Shown piece after piece: positions 49,090 to 60,634 of a stretch of 64,000 nt of DNA. Positions within the stretch are counted from its first letter, which is position 1, and each line of letters starts with the position of its first letter. Under the pieces are notes generated by a model. The model worked only from the letters and a program-made list of their open reading frames with translations. It was not told where the DNA came from and did no database searches. A program made the position numbers and the translations under genes. The DNA is from Yuukianura sp. NJ FZ-2021. Its lineage: Eukaryota. The DNA is taken from NCBI GenBank assembly GCA_046563655.1, contig CM102286.1, positions 6,882,001 through 6,946,000 on the forward strand. The letters are read 5' to 3'.

Positions 49090-52000
49090 TTAGGCATAGA
49101 AGGAATTCCAAGCTGTTGGCTGGTTGACATAAGATTGACCATAGACATTTGGGTCTCCAGAAGGAAGAGGTGCCTGAGGATGAGAGTTCCATGGAGGACC
49201 GCCGTACTGCCCTTGGTTGTATTGTCCGTACTGCGAGGAGTACCGAGGATTTGGACCGTCTCCGTAATTGTATCCGGATGGTGGTTGACTATCGACAGAA
49301 GGCCCCAGCTTAGGAAGGTCGGAATTCCTGGAAACATGACAACATTAGGCATCTACAATATCACAAGCACAAAGGTTTGACAATTTCGGGACTTACGGAG
49401 CTTTGATTGAACTTGGAGCAGCAGACTCGGACTTCTCTTCCATTTGTACGGATTTCAAGATTGTGCTTAGTTCCTCTTCAGCATCTTGCAGCCTAAAAAT
49501 GGGGAGATAAATATAAGAGAGAATAACATAATTCCCCAAACCCTCCAGAATTTTTCCATACGTTTTGATATCATCAGTGTAATCCTCTAGGAACTGCAAC
49601 TTCCTTGTGGCAAAGACGATCTTGTCGTCCTTCTCGAAATGTTTAATTCCATAATCGAAAGCATAAAGGATTAGGTCCATGTCCATCGGGGAAGCTTGCA
49701 ATCCCATGTCAATGAGAGCCAATGCAACTTTAGGCGAAAACTCCTATAAAATAAAACAATTTTTAAAGTAATGCAACCGCTTTCCAGGTAAGTACTTTTT
49801 ATCGAAAGGAAAGAACTTACATTTTGCAAATCCAACTTCGTTTTCAGTATCTCCACAGCTTTAGCGTAAGAACCACAAACCTAGGTAAGAAAAAAAAATT
49901 ATTTGTGTGTAATTTAGATTTAAGGATTCGTTTCTTTTGTTTCTGTTCGTTTCTTTTCATAGGAAAATACTTAAGCTAAGAATTCGCTAGCCTTGTCATC
50001 CTTAAAAACGATTTAAGAAATATCGGACTTTACCGTATTCACAAAACGTGCATATTTTATGGTCACTTGGTTGGAAAGTGATTTATCCTGACACTTCTGC
50101 AAGTAGGTCTCGAAAAGTTCCAAGCATTTGTCCAGGTTCATTCTCCTTCGTTCAAAATGAATATGTCGATAATAGATAGGTAGCACAGGGACATCCAATG
50201 TGGAAATAAGTTCATCGTAGATCATGCTCGCCTTCTCAAGATTCCCTAAAACAAATTGAAAAAAAAATTTAAAAAAAGAAGTAAAAAAAACAAGGTAAAA
50301 ACAAGAGTTGAACTCAATTTTTCGATTTTTAAGGAACCTCCCGGTAGTGGGTAGTATGAACAAACAGAATATATAAAACAATGCTTACCTTGTGTTTCTT
50401 CGAATGCTGCAAAGTCCAAACTGAATTTGTACATCTTTGGGTGATGAACTTTCGTGACTCTTGTGAAGACTTCTTCAATGTGTCCAACATCCTTCGGATC
50501 CTGTGACTTCAGGAATTTTAAGTACTGAAACAAGTTAATTTTAGTCAGTATAACAGAGAAATCCATGAACCTGGTAAAACTATTATTACGTCTACGTGGA
50601 AAAAGACTTACCTTATCCCAGTACTCGGCGTACATTGCGCAGGCAATGAGACAACGTTCAAACAAGGTGATGATCCGTCTCAAGTCTCCTTTTCAATCTC
50701 AAACTCCAAATATTCTGTCCAGTTTTTTAGTTGATTCTTCTCAACAGGCTTGACATGGAAGTATGGACGTTTGATCTATATTGAAAGTGTAAATTAATTT
50801 TCTATTTCGGGCGGAAATGCATGTATTTAATGTTAACCCCAAATCACAATCATAACAAGCGCTTAAAAACTTACACCTTCCTCAAAGGCGGAGCGTATTT
50901 TAACTTCTTCCATCGTGTTTTCAAAAACGGATGCACGGAGTGCTATAACTTTCTCTCGTAGCTTGGCTGCAACGTCATCTTGAATTGACTCAGGCGTGGT
51001 GTCCGTGTCTGTGTTACCAGTGACTTCATTGAACAGTAGCGCATATTCTTCGGTTGAAAGTATTTGAGAGGGGTCATTCTCGTTCACAAATTCCGTGAGT
51101 CTACAGTAACAACAAAAATCAGTTTTCACATCCATAAAATATGTTAGCATTTGTATTAAATGCTGTAAATATTACTTTTCAAAGTGTTTCTTCAGGGATT
51201 GAGTTGGAGTGCTGATCATTTGGTCCCACACACGCATGGCGTTGCGCAGGTTGTTTGTTTCTGTTTCCCATTGGACGAACTGCTCCCACAACTTATCGGA
51301 TCTATAGAATTATAACAGTGAACCGTTTAGTTAGTTATCAAGGATTACGTATAATACGATGAATTAATGAAGTAAAAATACAATCGGGAAGTTACTAACC
51401 GAAATTCCAGCCCACACGTTGCTATTCCTTGTTTGAACTTTGAGCGAATGAGGTCTGGATCATCTTCATATGTGGATTTGATATAAGTAACAAAATGAAT
51501 CCATAAATCAACACTTAGTGGAATTGCCCGAAGACCGCGATTGAATATCTGGAAATACACAAATGGAATAAATAACAATGAACAATTCAGAGGCCGCGCT
51601 TGCAATCCATCCGGCAAGCTAGGGCTCTTTCAAATAAGTAACTAAATCGCTTCTTAAAATGCACTCAAGAAAAGTACAACAAAAAAGAACAAAAGAGACT
51701 ACTGAAGGGAACAAGATAGAATAAAATTTTGATTTTGTCGAATTATTCTTGTTTGTGTAATAAGGTCATACCTGTGCCTTCCCTCTTTTCATTCTTATGA
51801 CATCCTCAACACACCGCTAAATCAACCATTTGATCTCAGATTTCGAGTTGTGCCGTGTGGTGGGAACAACTCACACAAACGTTTAGAGCAGAGATAATTG
51901 ATTTTGAATGGCTTAAGTACGATAACATTACAGTTACATGTATACTAAAATTAAGTTGAAAGTAGAAGTACACAGAGTTTTATGTGGTACTAAAATACAT

Positions 52001-53024
52001 GTAAATGGTAGCTGCTCAAGCGGACTGATTCCTCATTCCAATGTCGAGTGGGCCTCGATGCATAAAGGCTGAACACTTTAAGAGCAACGTGATTCATTAG
52101 TTAGCCATGGAAGAAATCAAAGTCAAATATTTGTAATTGAGTAAAATTGTGAATATGGTATTATACCCATTTGCAGTCGTAGAAAAATTCTACGCCAAAT
52201 AATTAAATCACGGTTTAAAATACCTACAATAGGAGTTACGGAATTACGAAAATTCCAGGAAACAGAAGCGCTGCTTGAATTGTAATTGTTAAAGTTTCTC
52301 ACCTCCTGCACTTCATCTGAAGAACCACGTCTTTTAGTGTAGTCTGCATACTTCTTCCAGTATCCGTAGCAGTATGGGTACTTCTGAAGGAAAGCGTCGT
52401 ATGCTTCACTGGCCACCGATTTGTGAGACTAGCATAAATAGGTTTAACCGGTAAGTAAAGTCAAGGTTTCAATACCACAGTATTGCGATTTTGCTATACG
52501 ATTGTGTGACAAGACAACTTACAACTTGATCCACAAATTGAAGCAAATGAGTCCATGCTGTGAAGTCGTTTGGATCTTGTTCTACAGTGGACCAGAACTT
52601 TTCTAAATCCGGGAAAAGGTCTCGAATTTCTTTATCGAGGTGTGGCTTTTTAGATGGTGACGTGCTTCCGCTAACTTCATCGTGTTCTAGGTCATCTAAC
52701 TTTCTCTTCAGAGTATCGTCAGCACGATTGCTGTCATCATCGTCACGATTCGAATTTATCGCTCTCTCATCCTCATTCTTGCCGCTGCCTTTATTGCAAA
52801 GAAAGAAGATATAAAATACGACAATGAATATGAATAACATTCTCACAAAACGTAGATTTCAGTTTACCGCCAAAATGTTCTGAATTCTCCTCGGATCCAT
52901 AGGTTCCTGTGGTAGTAACGAAAGCGTTTGTGTCAACAGTAGTGTCTCCTGTGTCCATTTTACCGTTAGTAGAATTGTTATCCATGCTGTTTTCAGTTGA
53001 ATTTTCCGGTGTGGCAAAAGCCAT
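49090..53024 (-). CDS. PRPF39: Pre-mRNA-processing factor 39 (HAT repeats), multi-exon
   Basis: [68 protein letters not shown] and [16 protein letters not shown], followed by a Tyr/Gly/Gln-rich tail. Confidence 0.95.
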
Positions 53025-54134
53025 ACTTAGCTAAGAAAAAACAAACAACGGTCATGTTATGGTTTGTCTGCCGGACCCTGAAATAAACTCGCCACCGAAC
53101 AACTCCCGGTACTAATTAAGTTACTATTACTATTAACGGTGCTAATCAACTAAATAAGTTCTACTTCTACCTAATCTGTAACTTCTGCGCATGATACCTT
53201 CAGAAATGAATCCGTTGTAGTGGTTTATGAGTTGCCGTTGTCTTGATTAAAGGGTGGTTAGTAGACTTACTGGCAATCCTGTAACTGATGAACGTTTCCT
53301 ACCAATGACCAGCTGGTTGATCTTAATGCAGTTAATTGCGGCTGTAATTGTGAACTAAAAAGAAAATTAACAGCTTGCTGGCTGGATGATAGTTTTGATG
53401 GAAAGATGGAATCAAAATTTGATACAACACGACAGAATTGAGATGGTATAGTCTATACCTAGTGCAATGTTTAGTAAGGGCATAGGGGGGAAGAGACAGT
53501 CTAAACTCTGTACGGAGTGGTTGACATGGCCAATATTAGGGGGTATAGGAGTAGGAAAACGAGGTGTTTGTTGGTGGAATGGGATTCGATTGCAATATTC
53601 CTCTTGCACATGCGTCGATTATCGCTCTGCGTCTCTGCTGATCGTTTCCCTCATCGTTTAATTTACAGAAACCTTAATTATTATATGTTATACAAAGTAA
53701 GTTATATAATATTCATACATATATAAGCAATAATACTAAAATTCACTGAAATTCTTGCACGCGGTATACTTTATTGCTGATCTTTGTTTTCAATTCAACA
53801 TTAGCAAAAGTAAAATGTGTTGCAAAATTATAAACGTTACTACAACTTTGTATTGTTCGTAACTTTTAGACTGGGGTGTGTGGTTTCCGCTTTATTATTT
53901 TCCTCTTAAAAACTCAACTCATAAGGCAAGAGTAATGTTCTATAGGATACCGCTTGGTTTGACTAAATTGTTACAATATTTGTAGATTGTAACCTAAAAC
54001 TGAAGGTAAAGTTGCAGTGCAAGATAGGAATGAAAACGTCTAATTTGGTATTTAAACGTGGTTGAACACGCTAGTCCGTACTATTAGAAGTAAAGAAAGG
54101 GATGATCCTAGTAGGCTAGGCACTCGATTACAAT

Positions 54135-54618
54135 TTACAAGTTGAACCAAGAGTCCCAACCCCCTCTACCACCAGTGTTGCGGGAAAATGGTGACACCGT
54201 GGGCACAGTAGTCCGACCGCGGTACTCCCGAAGCGATGTCCCAGCACATGAACCGGCCTTTACAATCCTCAGTCCTAAATACAGGAAATCATAAATTTAA
54301 ACTTTTAGCTTTAGTTTAGGAAACCTTGTAGAACGTGATCTTACGGTTATTTCCAGCTCTTGCGCAGTTGAATCGGCATAAGTTCTTGTAGGTAATTCCA
54401 TTGTTTGCGCATTGCGGAGAGCTGACATCTTCGCAAGCATTGTTACATTGAGCCCTCGTTGCTGATCTAGACGTCTGGATTTTTCAATTAAGTTTTAGTT
54501 CCCCTTCCCATTCAATTATATTTGTAGTAGAAAAGTTGCTTACATCCGCAGAGGTATCGGAGGAAAACGCCACGAGCAGAAGTGCTACGGCTCCGAATAC
54601 AATAAGCTTGGAATTCAT
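54135..54618 (-). CDS. Secreted single-domain Kazal-type protease inhibitor, 3 exons
   Basis: MNSKLIVFGAVALLLVAFSSDTSAD | TSRSATRAQCNNACEDVSSPQCANNGITYKNLCRFNCARAGNN | RLRIVKAGSC...GGWDSWFNL*. Six Cys in Kazal spacing with GxTYxNxC. Confidence 0.88.
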
Positions 54619-57256
54619 TTTGTTTGTGTCTATTTTAAAAAAATTGTACTAAAAACAGGAATTTGGTTTGTAATATTGGAATTGGTTTAGAATCCTTGAT
54701 TTGGACTTGTTTCAGGTTTCGATGGTTAGTTTTGACTCCTTAGAAGTTCATATGCCATAGGATAAGACGCATTTCTAATGCAATATGTAGTATATTTAAC
54801 GTCTTCAACTATATGGTAAAATGAGTTACAAACTTCTTTCCAGTTTGTCTTAAATTTGTATAGCTTATATTGCCAGTTTTTTACCAAAACCAGTAGAAAT
54901 AATAGCCCCCTTGTGTCCAATTAAGTTTCATCATGCCATGGACACTTTAGCGCAAAAGCCACCGAAGACGCTTATTAAATGCTCTAATTTTAGCACAAAA
55001 AACCCAAAGACAAGAGGTGCGACGTGAACTAGTGGTTGTAACTTTTACGACCGACGTCCATCATCATAACTTTTTTCTTTGGCATGTGAGGACTTATTAG
55101 TAGACAGATTCAATTTCTGGTTTTTCATTTGTTGAGTCCTGATAAAACTAAATTTATACAGTTGGATCCACATATATCGTGCAGAAAAAATCTATTATTG
55201 TTTAATCACAATCGTAAGTCAATTATTGATGTCAATTCTTGTAGAACCTTATGATATATCCTGTTGACATACTTACAAGCGGAAAGTCGACGGAAAAAGG
55301 AATCTAATTGTGGTTTTGCCAGAAAACACAACATCGTAAACTGATAAAACAGATCCTTCGTTTCAAAAAAGAATTGTGATACGAACTGCGTAACTGACCT
55401 TGATCTTAAAATTCGCATGAAATGTATTTGCGGAAATATAAAGGAAAAATTGACACTTACAATATTGCAACAACCATGGTCATTTGGGGGTAGCAGTGGA
55501 TGGAGGACGTGTCAATTTAAATCCAAATTGCAGATGCACAAAGTTTACAAATTACAAGTCTAAATGCAACCCAAAAGAACATTTTGGTTGAAAAAATTCT
55601 GTTAAAACATGAAGGGCGCGGAAAGTTAAAATATCAAACTGAGGAACATGATCCAACGCTTCGGTGCATCTTTCTTAAAAGATACATATATGTATCTTTA
55701 TACAAATGCGATACATACGATATATTATAATAAAGCGTACATGTACATTTGTGAAATAAAATTGTATGCATTTAATAAGCCTTTTTTTTTGGTTCAACAG
55801 ACATTTTTTTTTGGAAATCCTATCAATAAACCAGTAATTGGCTGCGTCTGAGGATAATTGCTTCTCTTCTACAGAATAGAGACGCGTCTAACAATTGATG
55901 CAAAAAAAAAGAACCGCCATGTGTGTATTTTGCGTCTCGGAAAACAATGGTTAGACCAATCGATAAGTCATTGCGGTTTCTTTTGGTTTACAAACGCTTT
56001 ACTTCGGCTCCTTGGAAATAATATGTTAAGAGGTTACAGTATTGGACCACTCCACAATATTAACTCTTTGATAACATTTAAAAAAGCAGAATAATTTGAA
56101 ACAGTGATATGGAATTGGCAAACGATTTCCCAACTGTCTCCTCAGAGTGTCAGGACTGTGCCAATTCCTTTAAACAACAAACACTTAAGAACAGATAAAG
56201 ACATGTTCCTTGGATATGAACTATGATCTCAATGAATTACTTGCAAACTAACCTTGAATTTCTGGAAAACTTCTTCAATAAGCATGTCAGAGGTTATCCG
56301 TCACAAGACGCGTTCAATTTTTTCCTGGAGCAAAGGTCTCTCATTGGCTGAAAGTTGGACAGGAAGTTAAATTAAAATTTACTGGAGCAAACTAACTGAA
56401 TTAGCGGTTTAGTAACTAAATTGGAGACTAGATCATAAATTACTGTCAATTCTGTTTCTAATGACCGCAAACGACTAACGCATAGACTTAATTTTAAAAG
56501 AAAAAAATAGACCGAGGAAACGTTTTCTTAGCCTCCACGATGCGACATTGTAGAAGATTCAAGCCGAAACCCGCCATGTTTTACAACTAGCGTTAAAATA
56601 AATTTGTGAGCGTCTGCTTCTGTCTCTGACATAATTCTTTTGCCTATGAAAATTTGACACCATTCAATATAATTGGAACGTAGGCATTAATTTGAGTATC
56701 CAATTGTGCATAAACTCAAAGCAGCACAGAATTATAAATACAGCACAGTGCTGGTCCGCGTTACGTGTGGATGGTGTCCTCGTAAACTTGTGCTGGATGA
56801 ACATTTTGGAAGCAAAATGGCTTTGAGCTGGTCTCCATTTAAAATAGAATTGAAACCAATTGACACCCTAAGAGGCCAGGAGACATGAGTGTTCCACACT
56901 CCGACCACTGGATCACCACGACCAATGAACGAACTGTAGTGACAGAAATGACTCTGTATATGATCATACTTATGCTTCCGATGATTAACATATTGTCTTC
57001 GTGTAGGATGAACGAATAGGATTCGGGTAAGACTAGATTGAGAAGGGAGCTTCTCAAAATTCCAGGATTGGGATGCACAGAGACTCCTGGAATAGGAGAC
57101 AATTAATATAGCGGACGCTAAATCTAAAATCTAGTCATAAATCACGCCTCGTCCCTCCAACATCTCTTTAGTCAAAGGCCACTTTAGAAGACGCTTCGTT
57201 CAGACTTACGGCTAAGCACTAGCGACAGCTCAGGTTAAGCCTAAGTTGAAGGCATC

Positions 57257-59838
57257 ATGGGGAATTTTGACAAGCTGAGAGGATGCGTCAGGGGAAGCGC
57301 TCTGACGCTATCCATTGTTGCTGGAGTCGTTACTGGAATTTCCGTGGGAATTATTCTAAGAAATACCAGAAGTGAAAAATTCACGCAGCGTGAAGTGGTC
57401 TACGTTAAATTTGTGGGAGACTTGTTCTTAAGGACCCTCAGAGCCCTTATTCTTCCCCTGATTGTGTCCTCCCTCGTCACCGCAATTGGTTCTTTGGATC
57501 TTTCTCTGTCTGGAAAAATCGGAAGTCGGGCACTTCTATACTACATGGTCACCACGGTCTGTGCCGTAACACAGGGAATCATTTTGGTGCTTTTGATTGG
57601 ACCAGGGAGGGGAGCCGACCTTGGGGTTGACTCAGAATGTGATGCGAAACCCGGTTTGACCATAGATACCCTTATGGATTTGATTCGGTAAGCATTTTGA
57701 AATACTCGCATCGATAACCGTCTACTGGAAGTATCAAAAAGTTTAGATGCAGCAGCAATTCATTCAAGTGCCCTAAAAAAGCAGAGGGTGAATGATTAGT
57801 CTATCAATTAAATACTTCCGGAGTTGAGCTTGTCTCATACGGTACATGCGTGCATGTTTGAATTCACGAAATTTGTTCTGATGCTGAAATTTAAATAATC
57901 ATGGGTCCAGTGCCCTAAAAATGTCACCCAACTCACGAAATTTTTGTTATTTCTTTTCAGAAATGTGTTCCCACCAAATTTGGTGCAAGCAACAATGCAA
58001 GGGGTAATGTAAAAATTGGCAAATTGCTTTTCAAGCATTACCGCAATAATTTTTAAGAAGTGTTCATTTGGTAGTACATTATAAAGCTTGACCGATTAAA
58101 CACAATTAGTATGTGTTTGCTATAATTTGAAGACTAAAATTTGAACCTTAACACCATTCAGAGACAGTACACGTATCTTAAGGCAGGGTGAAGCTTTTTC
58201 ACGTAACTGCAGGGTTAAGAGTTTAAAGATGCTAACTGCTTGCTTCTATTGCAGACTCAAACACGACTCATCAACCCCAATAACGATACGACAGGTATCA
58301 ACCCCAATAATGATACAACAGGTATCAAGCCTCATAACGATACCAATCCTCATAACGCTACAATAGGTAAAAAAAAATTATGAAACCATTGTCACAGAAA
58401 AAAAATTTGAGATGAAATTTAAAAAATTCTGCCTGTTTTTTTAGCCATTGAACTATGGCCTATGAAGTTTGAGTTTGTGGACGGAATGAACTTAATGGGG
58501 TTGGTGGCTTTCGCTACTGTTTTGGGAATTACTCTGGGAAAGTTAGGTCCAAAAGGAAAGCCTCTTCTTGATTTCTTTGCGTCTCTTTCCGAAGCCATGA
58601 TGATCCTCACGAGCAAAGTCGTGCTGTGAGCAAAATTCTATACTTTCACTTCTAGTTCTCGTTAACTTGAGAATTGATTTGCAAATAATTTAAATCTGGG
58701 TTTCAGTTTTTCGCCAATAGCAATCTGCTCTCTCGTCACTGCTCAGCTACTTGAAATTAATGAAGTGGGGCGTGTGTTCCAGAATCTCGGCTGGTATTTC
58801 GGAACTGTACTCACTGGACTTCTTATCCATGGCTTTATTGTCGTTCCTGGAATCTATGCCGTCATTACCCGAAAGCTTCCTTTTACGTTTATTGCCAACA
58901 TGACACAGGCCATTGCCACTGCATTTGGAACAGCATCAAGGTAATTTCCAACTATTGTCAAACTCTTAGAAACCTAATTTCGTAACAAGTTTTCAAATAT
59001 TCTTAGTTCTGCTACACTGCCAGTGACGATTAATTGCTTGGAGGAAAAGAATCATGTGGATCCTCATGTTTCCAGATTTGTGCTACCTATTGGTAAGTGC
59101 GTGTTCTAAATCAGCGATCGCATTTCATTGGGCTTGTAAAGCACAAGCGCGGTTATGTACGGAAATACTCGAGGAAACAGTTACTGCTAGTCACCTAGAT
59201 TTGGAGAACGATAGAAACAATTTTGACTGTTTTGTTTTTGCAAAGAATTGTATTGAATTGTACCTGTAATAGGTGCAACAATTAACATGGACGGCACGGC
59301 ACTTTACCTACCCGTAGGCGCCATTTACATCGCGCAACTTTGCGGTATGCAACTCACCTTGGGGAACATAATTGCCATTAGGTAAATAACCGACTTGAAA
59401 TTTTCGCGCCCAGTATTTTGGTGTTTTTTCTAACTGATTTTGCTCCTTCTAAGCCTTATTTCTACCACTACTTCGATTGGAGCTGCTGGGATCCCGCAAA
59501 TCGGAATGGTCATTATGATTACTGTCCTGAACTCAGTTGGGCTTCCTACGGCCTACATTGCTTACATCATGCCGGTTGATTGGCTACTGTAAGATCATTT
59601 CCGGTGTAACTTTTAAAAATGCATTAGTTACTCAATAAAAATTTGATTTTGATCAAGGGAACGCTTCCGTACGGCTGTCAACATTATGGGAGACTCGTTC
59701 GGTGCTGGAGTGGTCCATCACTTGAGCAGGGACGAACTAGCACATCTCCCGAAGAGAAGTAATCCGCTCCAGGCCTTCGCTGAGAATGCAGAAAAAGAAG
59801 AGGAAAATGCAGTCAATTTTGCTGAATCCAAAATCTAA
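57257..59838 (+). CDS. SLC1 / excitatory amino acid transporter-like protein (divergent), multi-exon
   Basis: [73 protein letters not shown] and [16 protein letters not shown]. Confidence 0.93.
58269..58345 (+). repeat. 27-bp coding tandem repeat (INPNNDTTG) in the EAAT extracellular loop
   Basis: ATCAACCCCAATAA(C/T)GATAC(G/A)ACAGGT occurs twice, followed by degenerate copies. Confidence 0.85.
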
Positions 59839-60634
59839 GTTCAGTTTTCCTAAAATCAGTGGCAATTTTGGAAGTTCACTTAAAATACTCATTGAATACA
59901 ACAAAATTAGCACTTTTCGAGTTTTACCAAAATTCTTTTAATTCTTAGAGTGTAGTTTCTTTTTACAGTTGAACGAACGCACGAATGTTACGATTGTTTG
60001 GATCATTTATAAAAATATTGTTCCATTGGGGTATTAGCGAACCTCAAACTCACCAGTGTATATGTTAATATATTAAGAGCACTTACGATTAGCCAACGTA
60101 TTTCTTTCAATACTTCTGTTTGAATTGCATGCATTTTTCAGTCTCAACATCTACGGGAAGACGACACCCAGCCTTTAAAACTATTCTGATTTTTCCAGGG
60201 GTTCATTTTGCTTTAAATGAGAACGATATCTAATGTAAAATAGAATAAGTTTTCAAAAATAAAATGTCAATCTTTATACACACATACTGGTTAAGTTAAA
60301 GTCAGGATTTTTGTGTACGGCGCGTATGTTTAGTAGAAACGATTTTTTTCATTATACCTTGACATAAGGAAATGATTTATTCTAGGCATTTCTTCCGCCG
60401 TTTCCACACAATTCGTCAGAATCCGAAAAATCTCAGGATTAGTATGGCTCAAAAAATTTCACCACCACATTGTAAAATAAACATTTATTTGTAGTTTTCT
60501 TGCCTGTATTTTAACTTGAACCGGTTGGTTTTTAATATTGCAAGAAACTTGTTTACCAAGAGCGACACAAGCCATTAAATTATTAAATGCTTAATTCATG
60601 AAGCTTGTTCTTATTAATAGCGAAAGTGGAGGTT

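Noticed and set aside
51551..52282. Intronic C/D snoRNA in PRPF39
   Set aside because: No convincing RTGATGA...CTGA pair with a terminal stem was found by eye. The splice signals fit a cassette exon better.
58162..58190. Possible extra EAAT micro-exon
   Set aside because: The donor is weak, and the flanking exons already join in frame without it.
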